DNA from: Candidatus Latescibacterota bacterium | GTDB lineage: Bacteria > Latescibacterota > UBA2968 | Assembly: GCA_965222605.1 (NCBI GenBank) | Contig: OZ244960.1 | Coordinates: 2,368,001-2,432,000 of the forward strand | Length of the DNA: 64,000 nucleotides | Reading direction: 5' to 3' | Shown here: piece after piece, positions 56,239 through 64,000 of the stretch | Position numbering within the stretch: position 1 is the stretch's first letter | Layout of the letters: each line of letters begins with the position of its first letter | Notes under the pieces: model-generated | What the model saw: the letters and a program-made list of their open reading frames with translations, nothing else | What the model was told of the DNA's origin: nothing | The model's database searches: none | Translations under genes and position numbers: made by a program

Positions 56239-56280
56239 ATTTATTCCTTCTGGATGACTGGCGTTGTGCCTGCGGCGTGG

Positions 56281-56329
56281 CGGCTCAACACCATGCCGCA
56301 ATGACGGGCGAGGCATGCCTCGCCCCTAC
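56281..56329. repeat. Composite repeat: GCGGC..GCCGC(A)ATGAC hairpin plus GTAG-type REP
   Basis: CGGCTCAACACCATGCCGCAATGAC; minus strand GTAGGGGCGAGGCATGCCTCGCCC. Confidence 0.75.
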
Positions 56330-56384
56330 GCAGTTTTACCGCTCGAAACCTGCTATGGGTCACTGACCGCCTGCCTGCTGATTG

Positions 56385-57188
56385 CTACAAATTCTCAACC
56401 GCATAAACAGCTTTCAATATCTGTTCCTCCCCGACGGTTTTAGCCTTCGCATCAAAACCGAGCAACAGGGCAATATCGCAAATATTGTTTATATCTCGTG
56501 GAATACCATTGGACGCTTGATAGAGCGCATCGAGCGCGTCCTCGCCAAACAAGGACCGCTTGGCCCCCGCTTTTTCCAGGCGTGTTTGCACATACGCGTG
56601 GATTTCTTCGCGCTTAAACGGCGCGAGGTGATATTGGCGCGCGACCTGTTGCGCCAATGACTCAATGCCCTCGACCCGGTACTTGAGACCTGTCTGTCCA
56701 ATGAGGAGAAGGGTAAGAAAAAAACGACCGTTGCGTTGAAAACTGAACAGGGATTGCAACTCCTCAAATGTATTCTCATCCTCCAGAGCATCGGCATCAT
56801 CGACAATGACGACCGTATATTTGCCCGCATTGGCACTTTTGACAGCCTGGACCTCAAGTGCCCGTTGCAGGGCTGGTCTTGCGTCCGATTGGATATCAAC
56901 TCCCAATTGCCCCAGCATATCCCGAAGAAAGTCAATCGGCGAAAGACTGGGTCTATTTATAAGCGCGATTTCATACTGGTCTGATGACAGTTCATGGATG
57001 AGCATGCGACTCACAACGGTTTTGCCACAGCCCATGTCGCCCGTGAGCACGGCAGCCCCCATGCGAGTATTGATCGCGTAAAACATCTGCAATAGTGCTC
57101 TCTGGTGATCTACCGAAGAATAAAAAAAACGCGGATCCGGCACACTTTCAAACGGCAATTCTGTCAGATTCCAATATTCCTGGTACAC
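56385..57188 (-). CDS. ExeA/GspA-like AAA ATPase
   Basis: PFESVPDPRFFY, GDMGCGKT, IVDDAD, LIGQ, SNGIPRDINNICD. Confidence 0.88.
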   Translation of the reverse strand: MYQEYWNLTELPFESVPDPRFFYSSVDHQRALLQMFYAINTRMGAAVLTGDMGCGKTVVSRMLIHELSSDQYEIALINRPSLSPIDFLRDMLGQLGVDIQSDARPALQRALEVQAVKSANAGKYTVVIVDDADALEDENTFEELQSLFSFQRNGRFFLTLLLIGQTGLKYRVEGIESLAQQVARQYHLAPFKREEIHAYVQTRLEKAGAKRSLFGEDALDALYQASNGIPRDINNICDIALLLGFDAKAKTVGEEQILKAVYAVENL

Positions 57189-57463
57189 GGTTTTAATCCT
57201 TTATTTTAAGTCCGATCCTGGAACATTGCAGCCAATCGGAGTAGTGGTTTAACGCTGCTCGCTGCACCTATTTTATCGCAATCCAATATAGTTACCTCAA
57301 ACGGTCTGTGTCAAGTAATCGGCAAAGCGATTTGAGGGCTTCCCAATGTTTTATACAACACGGGGCATTGGCACAAAATACTTTGACGGAACGTATCCAA
57401 ACCCTATATTTTGCTGCACTGCGCTGGTGATACATCTGTTTGACTTTCATTTTGGAGATCTGT

Positions 57464-58960
57464 ATGGCCTGGTGGCAATCCGTTTTGCTGGCCACTTACA
57501 GCCTTGTGTTTGCATTGCTGATGCTCGTAAGCCTGCATCGACACTTGATGGTACACCTCTATTACAAGCACCGTCGCAAACGACCCATTCCCCGCGGTAC
57601 CTTTGATGAATTACCCGTTGTGACCGTGCAATTGCCCGTATTTAATGAACAATATGTGGTCGAGCGACTGATTCGCACGGTCGCCAAACTGGATTATCCA
57701 GCCGACCGCCTCGAAATTCAGGTCCTGGACGACTCGACCGATGAAACAACCGCCATTGCCGGGCAGTGTGTAGATGAACTGCGGCGTTCGGGACTGGATA
57801 TCGCGCTGATACACCGCAAAACGCGCACCGGGTATAAAGCCGGTGCTCTCGCAGAGGGATTGCGGGTTGCACGGGGTGAATTGATCGCAATTTTTGACGC
57901 CGATTTTCTGCCACCACCAGACTTTTTGAACAAAACCATCCCGCATTTCGTCGAACCGCAGGTCGGCATGGTTCAGACGCGCTGGGGGCATCTGAATCAG
58001 GACTATTCCATTTTGACACGCGTACAGGCCATTTATCTCGACGGCCATTTTGTTATGGAACACGGTGCGCGAAGCCGCTCGGGTCTGTTCTTCAATTTTA
58101 ACGGCACAGCAGGTGTCTGGCGCCGGGCTTGTATCGATGAAGCCGGCGGCTGGCAGCACGATACCTTGACCGAAGACCTCGATTTGAGCTATCGCGCGCA
58201 ATTGGCGGGCTGGAGATTTGTCTATCTTGAGGATACTGTAACACCGGCGGAAATCCCCGTGGAAGTAAATGCCTGGAAGTTACAGCAATTTCGGTGGGCA
58301 AAAGGCTCAGTTCAGACGGCCAAAAAAACACTAAAGACCCTGTTGAAAAGTCATCTCCCCTGGCGCGTGAAGGGCGAAGCCGCTTTTCATCTGGTAACCA
58401 ATTTCGCATATTGTTTGATGGCAATGATCGCCATTCTCATTTTTCCCGCAATAGTTCTGCGGGAAGACCTGGGATGGCTCAGGGTGTTCATAATCGATTT
58501 TCCCCTATTTATAGGCGCGACGGGCGTAATCTCGAGGTACTACATCCACTCGCAACGAGAAATTTATTCGGATTGGAAATCGCGCATCCTGTATTTGCCA
58601 TTCGTACTCGCCCTGGGCATGGGGATTTCATTGAACAATACGCGCGGAGTGATTCAGGCACTGCGAGGGCACGAGACCGCATTTAATCGCACCCCTAAGT
58701 ATCGCGTTATCGGACGAAATGGAAGTTGGTATCGCAAAAATTACGCCCTGCGAAAAAACATGACGTCATTTTTGGAAATTGGACTCGGTTTTTATTTACT
58801 CATCGCCATGGTATATTCGATTGCGCGAGGTCTGTATTTCCCCGTGCCATTCCTGATTTTGTTTGCCTCCGGCTTTTTTTACGTAGGGGGCATGTCTTTG
58901 TTCCAGGGCATTTGGGCGAAGATGCATTCGCAATCAATTGAAGTCGCGGAAGCAAACTAA
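57464..58960 (+). CDS. Glycosyltransferase family 2, cellulose synthase-like
   Basis: QLPVFNE, DDSTD, GYKAGAL, FDADF, TEDLDL, QQFRW (D,D,D,QxxRW); C-terminal TMs. Confidence 0.92.
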   Translation: MAWWQSVLLATYSLVFALLMLVSLHRHLMVHLYYKHRRKRPIPRGTFDELPVVTVQLPVFNEQYVVERLIRTVAKLDYPADRLEIQVLDDSTDETTAIAGQCVDELRRSGLDIALIHRKTRTGYKAGALAEGLRVARGELIAIFDADFLPPPDFLNKTIPHFVEPQVGMVQTRWGHLNQDYSILTRVQAIYLDGHFVMEHGARSRSGLFFNFNGTAGVWRRACIDEAGGWQHDTLTEDLDLSYRAQLAGWRFVYLEDTVTPAEIPVEVNAWKLQQFRWAKGSVQTAKKTLKTLLKSHLPWRVKGEAAFHLVTNFAYCLMAMIAILIFPAIVLREDLGWLRVFIIDFPLFIGATGVISRYYIHSQREIYSDWKSRILYLPFVLALGMGISLNNTRGVIQALRGHETAFNRTPKYRVIGRNGSWYRKNYALRKNMTSFLEIGLGFYLLIAMVYSIARGLYFPVPFLILFASGFFYVGGMSLFQGIWAKMHSQSIEVAEAN

Positions 58961-58980
58961 AACAAAGGTGGAATAGGCAC

Positions 58981-59835
58981 ATGGTAATGCGACTCGACAA
59001 TCCATACCTCTGGGCATATACCGCAGCCATTCTGTTGCACATTCTACTCCTGCTCCTGGAAAACCCGCTGTGGCGGGCTGCGATCATTGTGCCGCAACCA
59101 GAAAAAATACCCGTGTCACCGCCCCTGACATTTGAATTTGTCGATGTGTCCCAAAATCGAGACGACGCCCCGCCCGAAGAAACCCCGTTGCTCGCACAGC
59201 GCGATAATATCTCTCGCGATCAACAAACGGCTCCCTTGCCCGAAAGCCACTTGCCATTTTCCGATGGCATATCACGGGCAAAGAACATAGCGACACCAGC
59301 GCAGGGTAAGTCGCGCAGTGAAACACAGAGCGCAGACCGCTCATCGGAAACCACCGACAATCCCTTTAGCTTTCTGGAGGTATTGCAGAAAAATCCCGAT
59401 GAAGCGCGAAAAGAGCGAGAACGCGCGGTGCTGGGTGGGGAGGTACTGCCCCAATCCCGCATAGATATGGACAACCGCAAAACCCGCGCAATCGAACGCG
59501 GTGGCTTGCAACTGAGCACATATGCCTGGGACTATGCGCCCTATATGCAATATCTCAAGCGCCATATTGACCGCCATATTTATCCGCCCCGCGCATTCGA
59601 GTTGGGTATAATTGATGGCACGACCAGGGTGAAGTTTAGAATCTGGCGCGATGGTCGGCTTGAAGGCCCCGAATTAATCGACTATGAGGGCCATAACCTG
59701 TTGCGCGATACGAGCCTGAAAGCTGTTGAACTCTCGGCACCATTCAAGGCATTACCACCCGATTTCCCGGATGAGTACCTCGAAATTGTGGGTACTTTTG
59801 AATACTTAATTTTTAGAAAAGGGCAAAGGCGATAA
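58981..59835 (+). CDS. TonB/TolA-family energy transducer
   Basis: N-terminal TM with His (ILLHILLL), Pro-rich linker, C-terminal YPPRA...SAPFKALPP. Confidence 0.8.
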   Translation: MVMRLDNPYLWAYTAAILLHILLLLLENPLWRAAIIVPQPEKIPVSPPLTFEFVDVSQNRDDAPPEETPLLAQRDNISRDQQTAPLPESHLPFSDGISRAKNIATPAQGKSRSETQSADRSSETTDNPFSFLEVLQKNPDEARKERERAVLGGEVLPQSRIDMDNRKTRAIERGGLQLSTYAWDYAPYMQYLKRHIDRHIYPPRAFELGIIDGTTRVKFRIWRDGRLEGPELIDYEGHNLLRDTSLKAVELSAPFKALPPDFPDEYLEIVGTFEYLIFRKGQRR

Positions 59836-59839
59836 TAAT

Positions 59840-60466
59840 ATGGGCTGGGCACTATTTGAACAGGGTGGTCTCATGATGTATCCTCTGACCTTGTGCTCAG
59901 TACTGGCTTTGGGCATTGCGATTGAGCGCGGATTTGCACTGCGCCATCGCGCCATCATCCGATCCGAAATTGTCAGTGTGATCGACAATATTCAAGGACC
60001 AGAAGACATTGGGCTGGCCTTGAGCGTCTGCCGACAACACAAAGGTCCTTTCTCTGCAGTGATGCGCGCGGGGCTGGACAATCGACATTTGTCCTTAGAA
60101 GAGATCCGAGAAAGTATTCTGGATCAGGGACGTCAAGAGATGGGGGTATTGCAAAAGGGACTGGTAGTGCTGGAAACCGTAGCGGGCGTTTCGCCGCTTT
60201 TGGGACTTTTGGGCACTGTTTTGGGCATGATTAAAGTTTTTCAACAGGTTTCGGAAGTGGGCGTAGGACAGGCCAATCTCCTGGCAGGGGGCATTTCCGA
60301 AGCGATTCTAACAACTGCCGCCGGACTTTTTATTGCAATTCCATCACTCGTATTTTACAATTTATACAGCAGTCGGGCAGAAAGCCTGATTTTGGAAATT
60401 GAAAAATACGCCAACACCCTTTTGAAAAAGCTCCGAGGGTTTCAAGACGCCGGCAAAGGAGAATAG
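59840..60466 (+). CDS. exbB: MotA/TolQ/ExbB proton channel
   Basis: PLLGLLGTVLGMI, GISEAILTTAAGL..AIP. Confidence 0.88.
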   Translation: MGWALFEQGGLMMYPLTLCSVLALGIAIERGFALRHRAIIRSEIVSVIDNIQGPEDIGLALSVCRQHKGPFSAVMRAGLDNRHLSLEEIRESILDQGRQEMGVLQKGLVVLETVAGVSPLLGLLGTVLGMIKVFQQVSEVGVGQANLLAGGISEAILTTAAGLFIAIPSLVFYNLYSSRAESLILEIEKYANTLLKKLRGFQDAGKGE

Positions 60467-60468
60467 GG

Positions 60469-60879
60469 ATGCGATTGCAAATGCCCCTCAAGCGCCGGCC
60501 GGCCATCAATGTGACCTCTTTGATCGACGTCCTGTTTTTATTGCTTACATTTTTTCTCGTAACCACGCAATTTATCGATCAATCCGCGCTCAAAGTCGAA
60601 CTGCCCGCCATGGCACACGCGGAAAAAACGCATCACGCGAAGCGTTATATTCTCAACATATCGGCAGATGGTCAAATGGCATTGGATGGTCAGATCGTCG
60701 ATCAACCGACATTGCGGGAATTATTAAAACAACACGTGACAGATATCGATGAAAGCGGGGGCCTGATTTTGCGGGCAGACCGCCAATTGCCTTATGGCGA
60801 TGTGATGTCGATTCTGGACCTCGTCAGAGGTGTGGGAATCAGACGGATTACCAATGCCACAGCAGAACCCGATAAATAG
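60469..60879 (+). CDS. exbD: ExbD/TolR
   Basis: INVTSLIDVLFLLLTFFLV, LRAD. Confidence 0.88.
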   Translation: MRLQMPLKRRPAINVTSLIDVLFLLLTFFLVTTQFIDQSALKVELPAMAHAEKTHHAKRYILNISADGQMALDGQIVDQPTLRELLKQHVTDIDESGGLILRADRQLPYGDVMSILDLVRGVGIRRITNATAEPDK

Positions 60880-60905
60880 CGGTTTAGATCTAAGGGGTCG
60901 GAACA

Positions 60906-61514
60906 ATGCGCGATTCCAAATCGTCCAATTTTTCACATATTGAAGATATCCAAATCGTTGCCCGGGTTTTAGAAGGCAACACAGAGGCTTTTTCCGTGCT
61001 GGTTCAGCGACACCATGAACGCGTGTACAATACGGTTTACAGTCTCATTGGCGATCTCGACGAAGCCGACGATTTGGCGCAAGAAGCATTTCTCAAGGCA
61101 TTTCACGCCCTGAAACGATTTCGAGGGCAATCGCTATTTTCAACATGGCTGCACCGCATCGCTGTCAATTGCTGCTTAGATCACCTCAAATCCAGACATC
61201 GGCGCAGCTTTGTTTCTCTGGATGAATATCGAGAAAATTGGGACGCACCGCGCATCTGGACAGGTCAACCCCAAAATGCAGATGTGCGCGTTGAACGGCG
61301 AGAACTCCAGGAAATTCTCGAATGCGCCCTGAATGATCTATCGGAAGAATATCGCGTGACCTTCGTTTTGAGAGAAATAGAAGGTCTGGCCTACGAAGAA
61401 ATTGCCGAAATGCTCAAATGCTCGATAGGAACCGTTAAATCTCGCCTGTTTCGAGGGCGAACAAAACTCCGCGAAATTTTGCAGGTACAGTACGACAACT
61501 GGATTGAGGCGTGA
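60906..61514 (+). CDS. ECF sigma-70 factor (RpoE-like)
   Basis: ADDLAQEAFLKAF, FSTWLHRIAVN, LREIEGLAYEEIA...GTVKSRLFRGR. Confidence 0.92.
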   Translation: MRDSKSSNFSHIEDIQIVARVLEGNTEAFSVLVQRHHERVYNTVYSLIGDLDEADDLAQEAFLKAFHALKRFRGQSLFSTWLHRIAVNCCLDHLKSRHRRSFVSLDEYRENWDAPRIWTGQPQNADVRVERRELQEILECALNDLSEEYRVTFVLREIEGLAYEEIAEMLKCSIGTVKSRLFRGRTKLREILQVQYDNWIEA

Positions 61515-61990
61515 ATATGGACGCAGACAACACCATTGACATCAACCGCGAATTGTTGTCGGCTTATCTCGACGATGCGCTTACAGAAGCAGAACGGACC
61601 AGGATTGAAATGCTGTTGCGCGTGTCCGACAGTCTCAGGCGTGAACTGGCCGAGATGGTACGGGTGCGACAACTATTTGCTGCCTGGTCTCCACCTGCAC
61701 CCGATCAATTTTTTGTGCGGCGTATAGATATAAAAGTCCGGGAAGAAATGGCGCGAATGAAGAACAGATGGGGGCTTCAAAAATTCGCCACTGCCGCAAT
61801 ATTGCTGATTTCTATTGGCTCTCTGGCATTTTTGACCCAACGCCTGGACAGAAATGTTGAACCTGTCACACTGGATGCTTTTTTGCAAGGGTCACTCGAC
61901 CGTGAGGTTCGAGAAGTTGCGAGTTTGACCGAAGATGATTTTTCCAAAGACCGCGTGCTCGACCTCGTCCTATCAGACAACACGCGTTAA
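61511..61990 (+). CDS. Putative anti-sigma factor (degenerate zf-HC2 plus TM)
   Basis: ELLSAYLDDAL; one TM; overlaps the sigma stop; His/Cys ligands absent. Confidence 0.7.
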   Translation: MNMDADNTIDINRELLSAYLDDALTEAERTRIEMLLRVSDSLRRELAEMVRVRQLFAAWSPPAPDQFFVRRIDIKVREEMARMKNRWGLQKFATAAILLISIGSLAFLTQRLDRNVEPVTLDAFLQGSLDREVREVASLTEDDFSKDRVLDLVLSDNTR

Positions 61991-62002
61991 AAGGTTTTTA
62001 TT

Positions 62003-62389
62003 ATGTTTATTTCTCGTTTCCGCTTTATATGCCTGATTGTATTGTGTTTTTTGATTGGCGCAGTGATAGGAACTGTTTACGAAAGTCTCGCGTCTGGTGA
62101 TTTTGGAAAGAAACGGGTGCGCATGTCTGAAATGGTGGCAAAACTCGACCTGTCAGATGATCAGAAAGCGCAACTGGACACGATCCTCGAGCAAGGGCGC
62201 AAATGTATGGTCGATATCAACACAACCTACCGCTCTGAGTTTGGAAAAGTGAGAAATACAACCCGCGCTCAAATTCAGAAAATTTTGACGCCTGATCAGC
62301 AAAAACAGTTTGATGAGATGATGGCCGAACAAGATGCTCGGCGGCGTCATCAGCGCAAAAACATGACCCCCGGCAATCAGGCCGAGTGA
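62003..62389 (+). CDS. Spy/CpxP-like periplasmic protein (LTxxQ)
   Basis: LDLSDDQK and ILTPDQQKQF motifs; N-terminal hydrophobic segment. Confidence 0.75.
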   Translation: MFISRFRFICLIVLCFLIGAVIGTVYESLASGDFGKKRVRMSEMVAKLDLSDDQKAQLDTILEQGRKCMVDINTTYRSEFGKVRNTTRAQIQKILTPDQQKQFDEMMAEQDARRRHQRKNMTPGNQAE

Positions 62390-62456
62390 AAAGAATTTTG
62401 TGCAAAAATAAGTGAGTAATTATTTACTTTCTTCAAAGATTTGAGAGGACGGAAGA

Positions 62457-63893
62457 ATGATAAAAAAAATAGCTAATTGCCGATGGTTCGTGCTGCTTTT
62501 TCTCGCGCTCTTTGCCTGTGGCGAAGAAGAAGCACAACAGGCAGGAGGACAAGGCGGACGTGCTGGACGTACTGGACGCGGTGGTGGTGCTGCTGCGCCC
62601 GTCAAGGTCGAGACTGTACAACGAGGGGATATTTCTGCATATATTCTCAAAAACACGACACTCGAAGCCGAAAGATGGATTGACGTTCGAGCACGCAGAC
62701 CGGGGCAGGTCATCGCGCTCCTGAAAGAAGAAGGCGATCCCGTACGCGAGGGTACTGTCCTGGCGCGGCTCGACGCCGACGCTGCCCAAATCAGTGTTGC
62801 ACAGCGAGAAATTTCCTATCGAGAAGCCGAACAGCGATATGAACGCGAAGATGCTTTATTTCAACGCAATCTGGGCAGCAAACAGACTTACGAAAATGCC
62901 AAAACCCAGTTCGCATCGGCCAAATCGCAACTCGAACAGGCCAAACTCGATTTGAGTTATACGACGATTAGAGCACCCATTGAAGGCATTATGACGCTGA
63001 GAAATATTGAGGTGGGCAATATGGTCACCAACAATCAAGTGGTGGCCTCTGTAGCCAAATTCGATCCCCTGCTTGCACGCATCCAGGTGACAGAAAAGGA
63101 CTTTGGTAAAATCATTGTAGGGCAGACTGCACGCATTACTGTTGAAGCCGCACCTGAAAGAGAATTTACGGGCACAGTAAAAATGATCAGCCCGGTGGTA
63201 GATCCCGAAAGTGGCACGGTCAAAGTAACCGTTGAGATACCCCGAATAGATGAAAGCCTGCTGCGCCCGGGAATGTTTGCCTCGGTTTATATCATCACGG
63301 AAACGCGAAGAAACACCCTCGTTATTCCCAAAAAAGCCCTCGTGCTCGAAGGGGAAGGCAACCAGGTATTTACCTTTGAAACCGATCCCGAAACTGGACG
63401 CGGGCAGGCGCAACGCAAGCGCATTGAAATTGGGTTTACTGACAGCGATCGTTTAGAGATTCTCAATGGCCTTTCCCAGGGAGAACAAGTCATTACCGTA
63501 GGTCAAGAAGGTTTGAGGCCCGGTTCTCCCGTGCGCCTCGTAGGAGAAGCCGCACCTCCCGCATTTGCCGGACGCGCTGGACGCGGACAAATGGATGAAG
63601 GTGGACAAGGTCGCGCTGGACGCGGACAAATGGATGAAGGTGGACAGGGCAGGCAGGGACGCGGACAAATGGATGAAGGTGGACAACAAGGTGGGGGCAG
63701 AGGGCAAGGTGGCGGTGATCCCACAGACCGCATGAAACGCATGATTGAGCGCTTCCCCGAAGTCAAAGCCGAATACGACAAGCGCGTAAAAAAGGATCCT
63801 GAACTCGCAACAAATATGGATAAACTTCGCTCTTTCATAGCTGAAATGCGAGAAAAAGGGTTAATACCAGCACGAGGCAGACGAGGTAATTAA
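62457..63893 (+). CDS. RND efflux periplasmic adaptor subunit (lipoprotein)
   Basis: LFAC lipobox; biotinyl-lipoyl-like EEGDPV..G, IRAPIEG, SPVVDPESGT, LRPGMF. Confidence 0.9.
   Translation: MIKKIANCRWFVLLFLALFACGEEEAQQAGGQGGRAGRTGRGGGAAAPVKVETVQRGDISAYILKNTTLEAERWIDVRARRPGQVIALLKEEGDPVREGTVLARLDADAAQISVAQREISYREAEQRYEREDALFQRNLGSKQTYENAKTQFASAKSQLEQAKLDLSYTTIRAPIEGIMTLRNIEVGNMVTNNQVVASVAKFDPLLARIQVTEKDFGKIIVGQTARITVEAAPEREFTGTVKMISPVVDPESGTVKVTVEIPRIDESLLRPGMFASVYIITETRRNTLVIPKKALVLEGEGNQVFTFETDPETGRGQAQRKRIEIGFTDSDRLEILNGLSQGEQVITVGQEGLRPGSPVRLVGEAAPPAFAGRAGRGQMDEGGQGRAGRGQMDEGGQGRQGRGQMDEGGQQGGGRGQGGGDPTDRMKRMIERFPEVKAEYDKRVKKDPELATNMDKLRSFIAEMREKGLIPARGRRGN
63570..63686 (+). repeat. Coding tandem repeat, 3 x 39 bp (GRAGRGQMDEGGQ)
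   Basis: GGACGCGGACAAATGGATGAAGGTGGACA occurs three times at 39-bp spacing. Confidence 0.9.
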
Positions 63894-63898
63894 AACCT

Positions 63899-64000
63899 AT
63901 GAAACTCATTGAATTTTCGACCCGGCGACGGGTAACAGTAACGATGTTTGTGGCTGCGGCAGTACTATTTGGCACGGTGGCTTTTCAACGCCTATCGATT
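63899..64000 (+). CDS. RND efflux permease (AcrB family), 5' part
   Basis: MKLIEFSTRRRVTVTMF...FQRLSI start, directly after the adaptor gene. Confidence 0.75.
   Translation, partial: MKLIEFSTRRRVTVTMFVAAAVLFGTVAFQRLSI

Noticed and set aside
56385-57188. Type II secretion system implied by the ExeA-like ATPase
   Set aside because: There are no other secretion genes nearby, and standalone ExeA-like ATPases are common.

Overview
This is a bacterial genomic window with no rRNA, tRNA or CRISPR array detected. The backbone is catabolic: 5 intact and 2 broken sulfatases, 5 intact and 1 broken PhyH-type dioxygenases, a PL8 chondroitinase, GH95, a GH32-like enzyme, a CoA-transferase, an SDR and an MFS transporter. 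That content resembles sponge-associated Latescibacterota/Poribacteria-like symbionts (inference only). Housekeeping genes (M23 peptidase, larC, clpP, helicase IV-like, and a GT2-TonB-ExbBD-ECF sigma-RND run) surround four accessory regions. (1) 3.3-9.7 kb: a decayed IS3, an AbiEi/AbiEii pair whose toxin is fused to WYL and Zn-finger domains, and a GC-rich oxalate-CoA ligase/PanE2-like pair. (2) 25.0-33.1 kb: co-oriented gene cassettes (GxxExxY nuclease, a 3-gene Cys-peptidase operon, a 1187-aa HEPN-like/helical protein with a possible upstream sRNA, and an AAA/DUF4143 ATPase), each delimited by pieces of one ~120-bp AGGAT-rich palindrome. This is the best candidate for an undescribed repeat-mediated cassette system. 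(3) 44.3-45.7 kb: a TnpB-only IS200/IS605 element whose ends and TTAT target motif can be read directly, because removing it restores a sulfatase reading frame. (4) 54.7-56.4 kb: a HEPN protein ending in a Doc-antitoxin-like helix, coupled to a Doc toxin. All product calls come from motif recognition by eye, with no database search.
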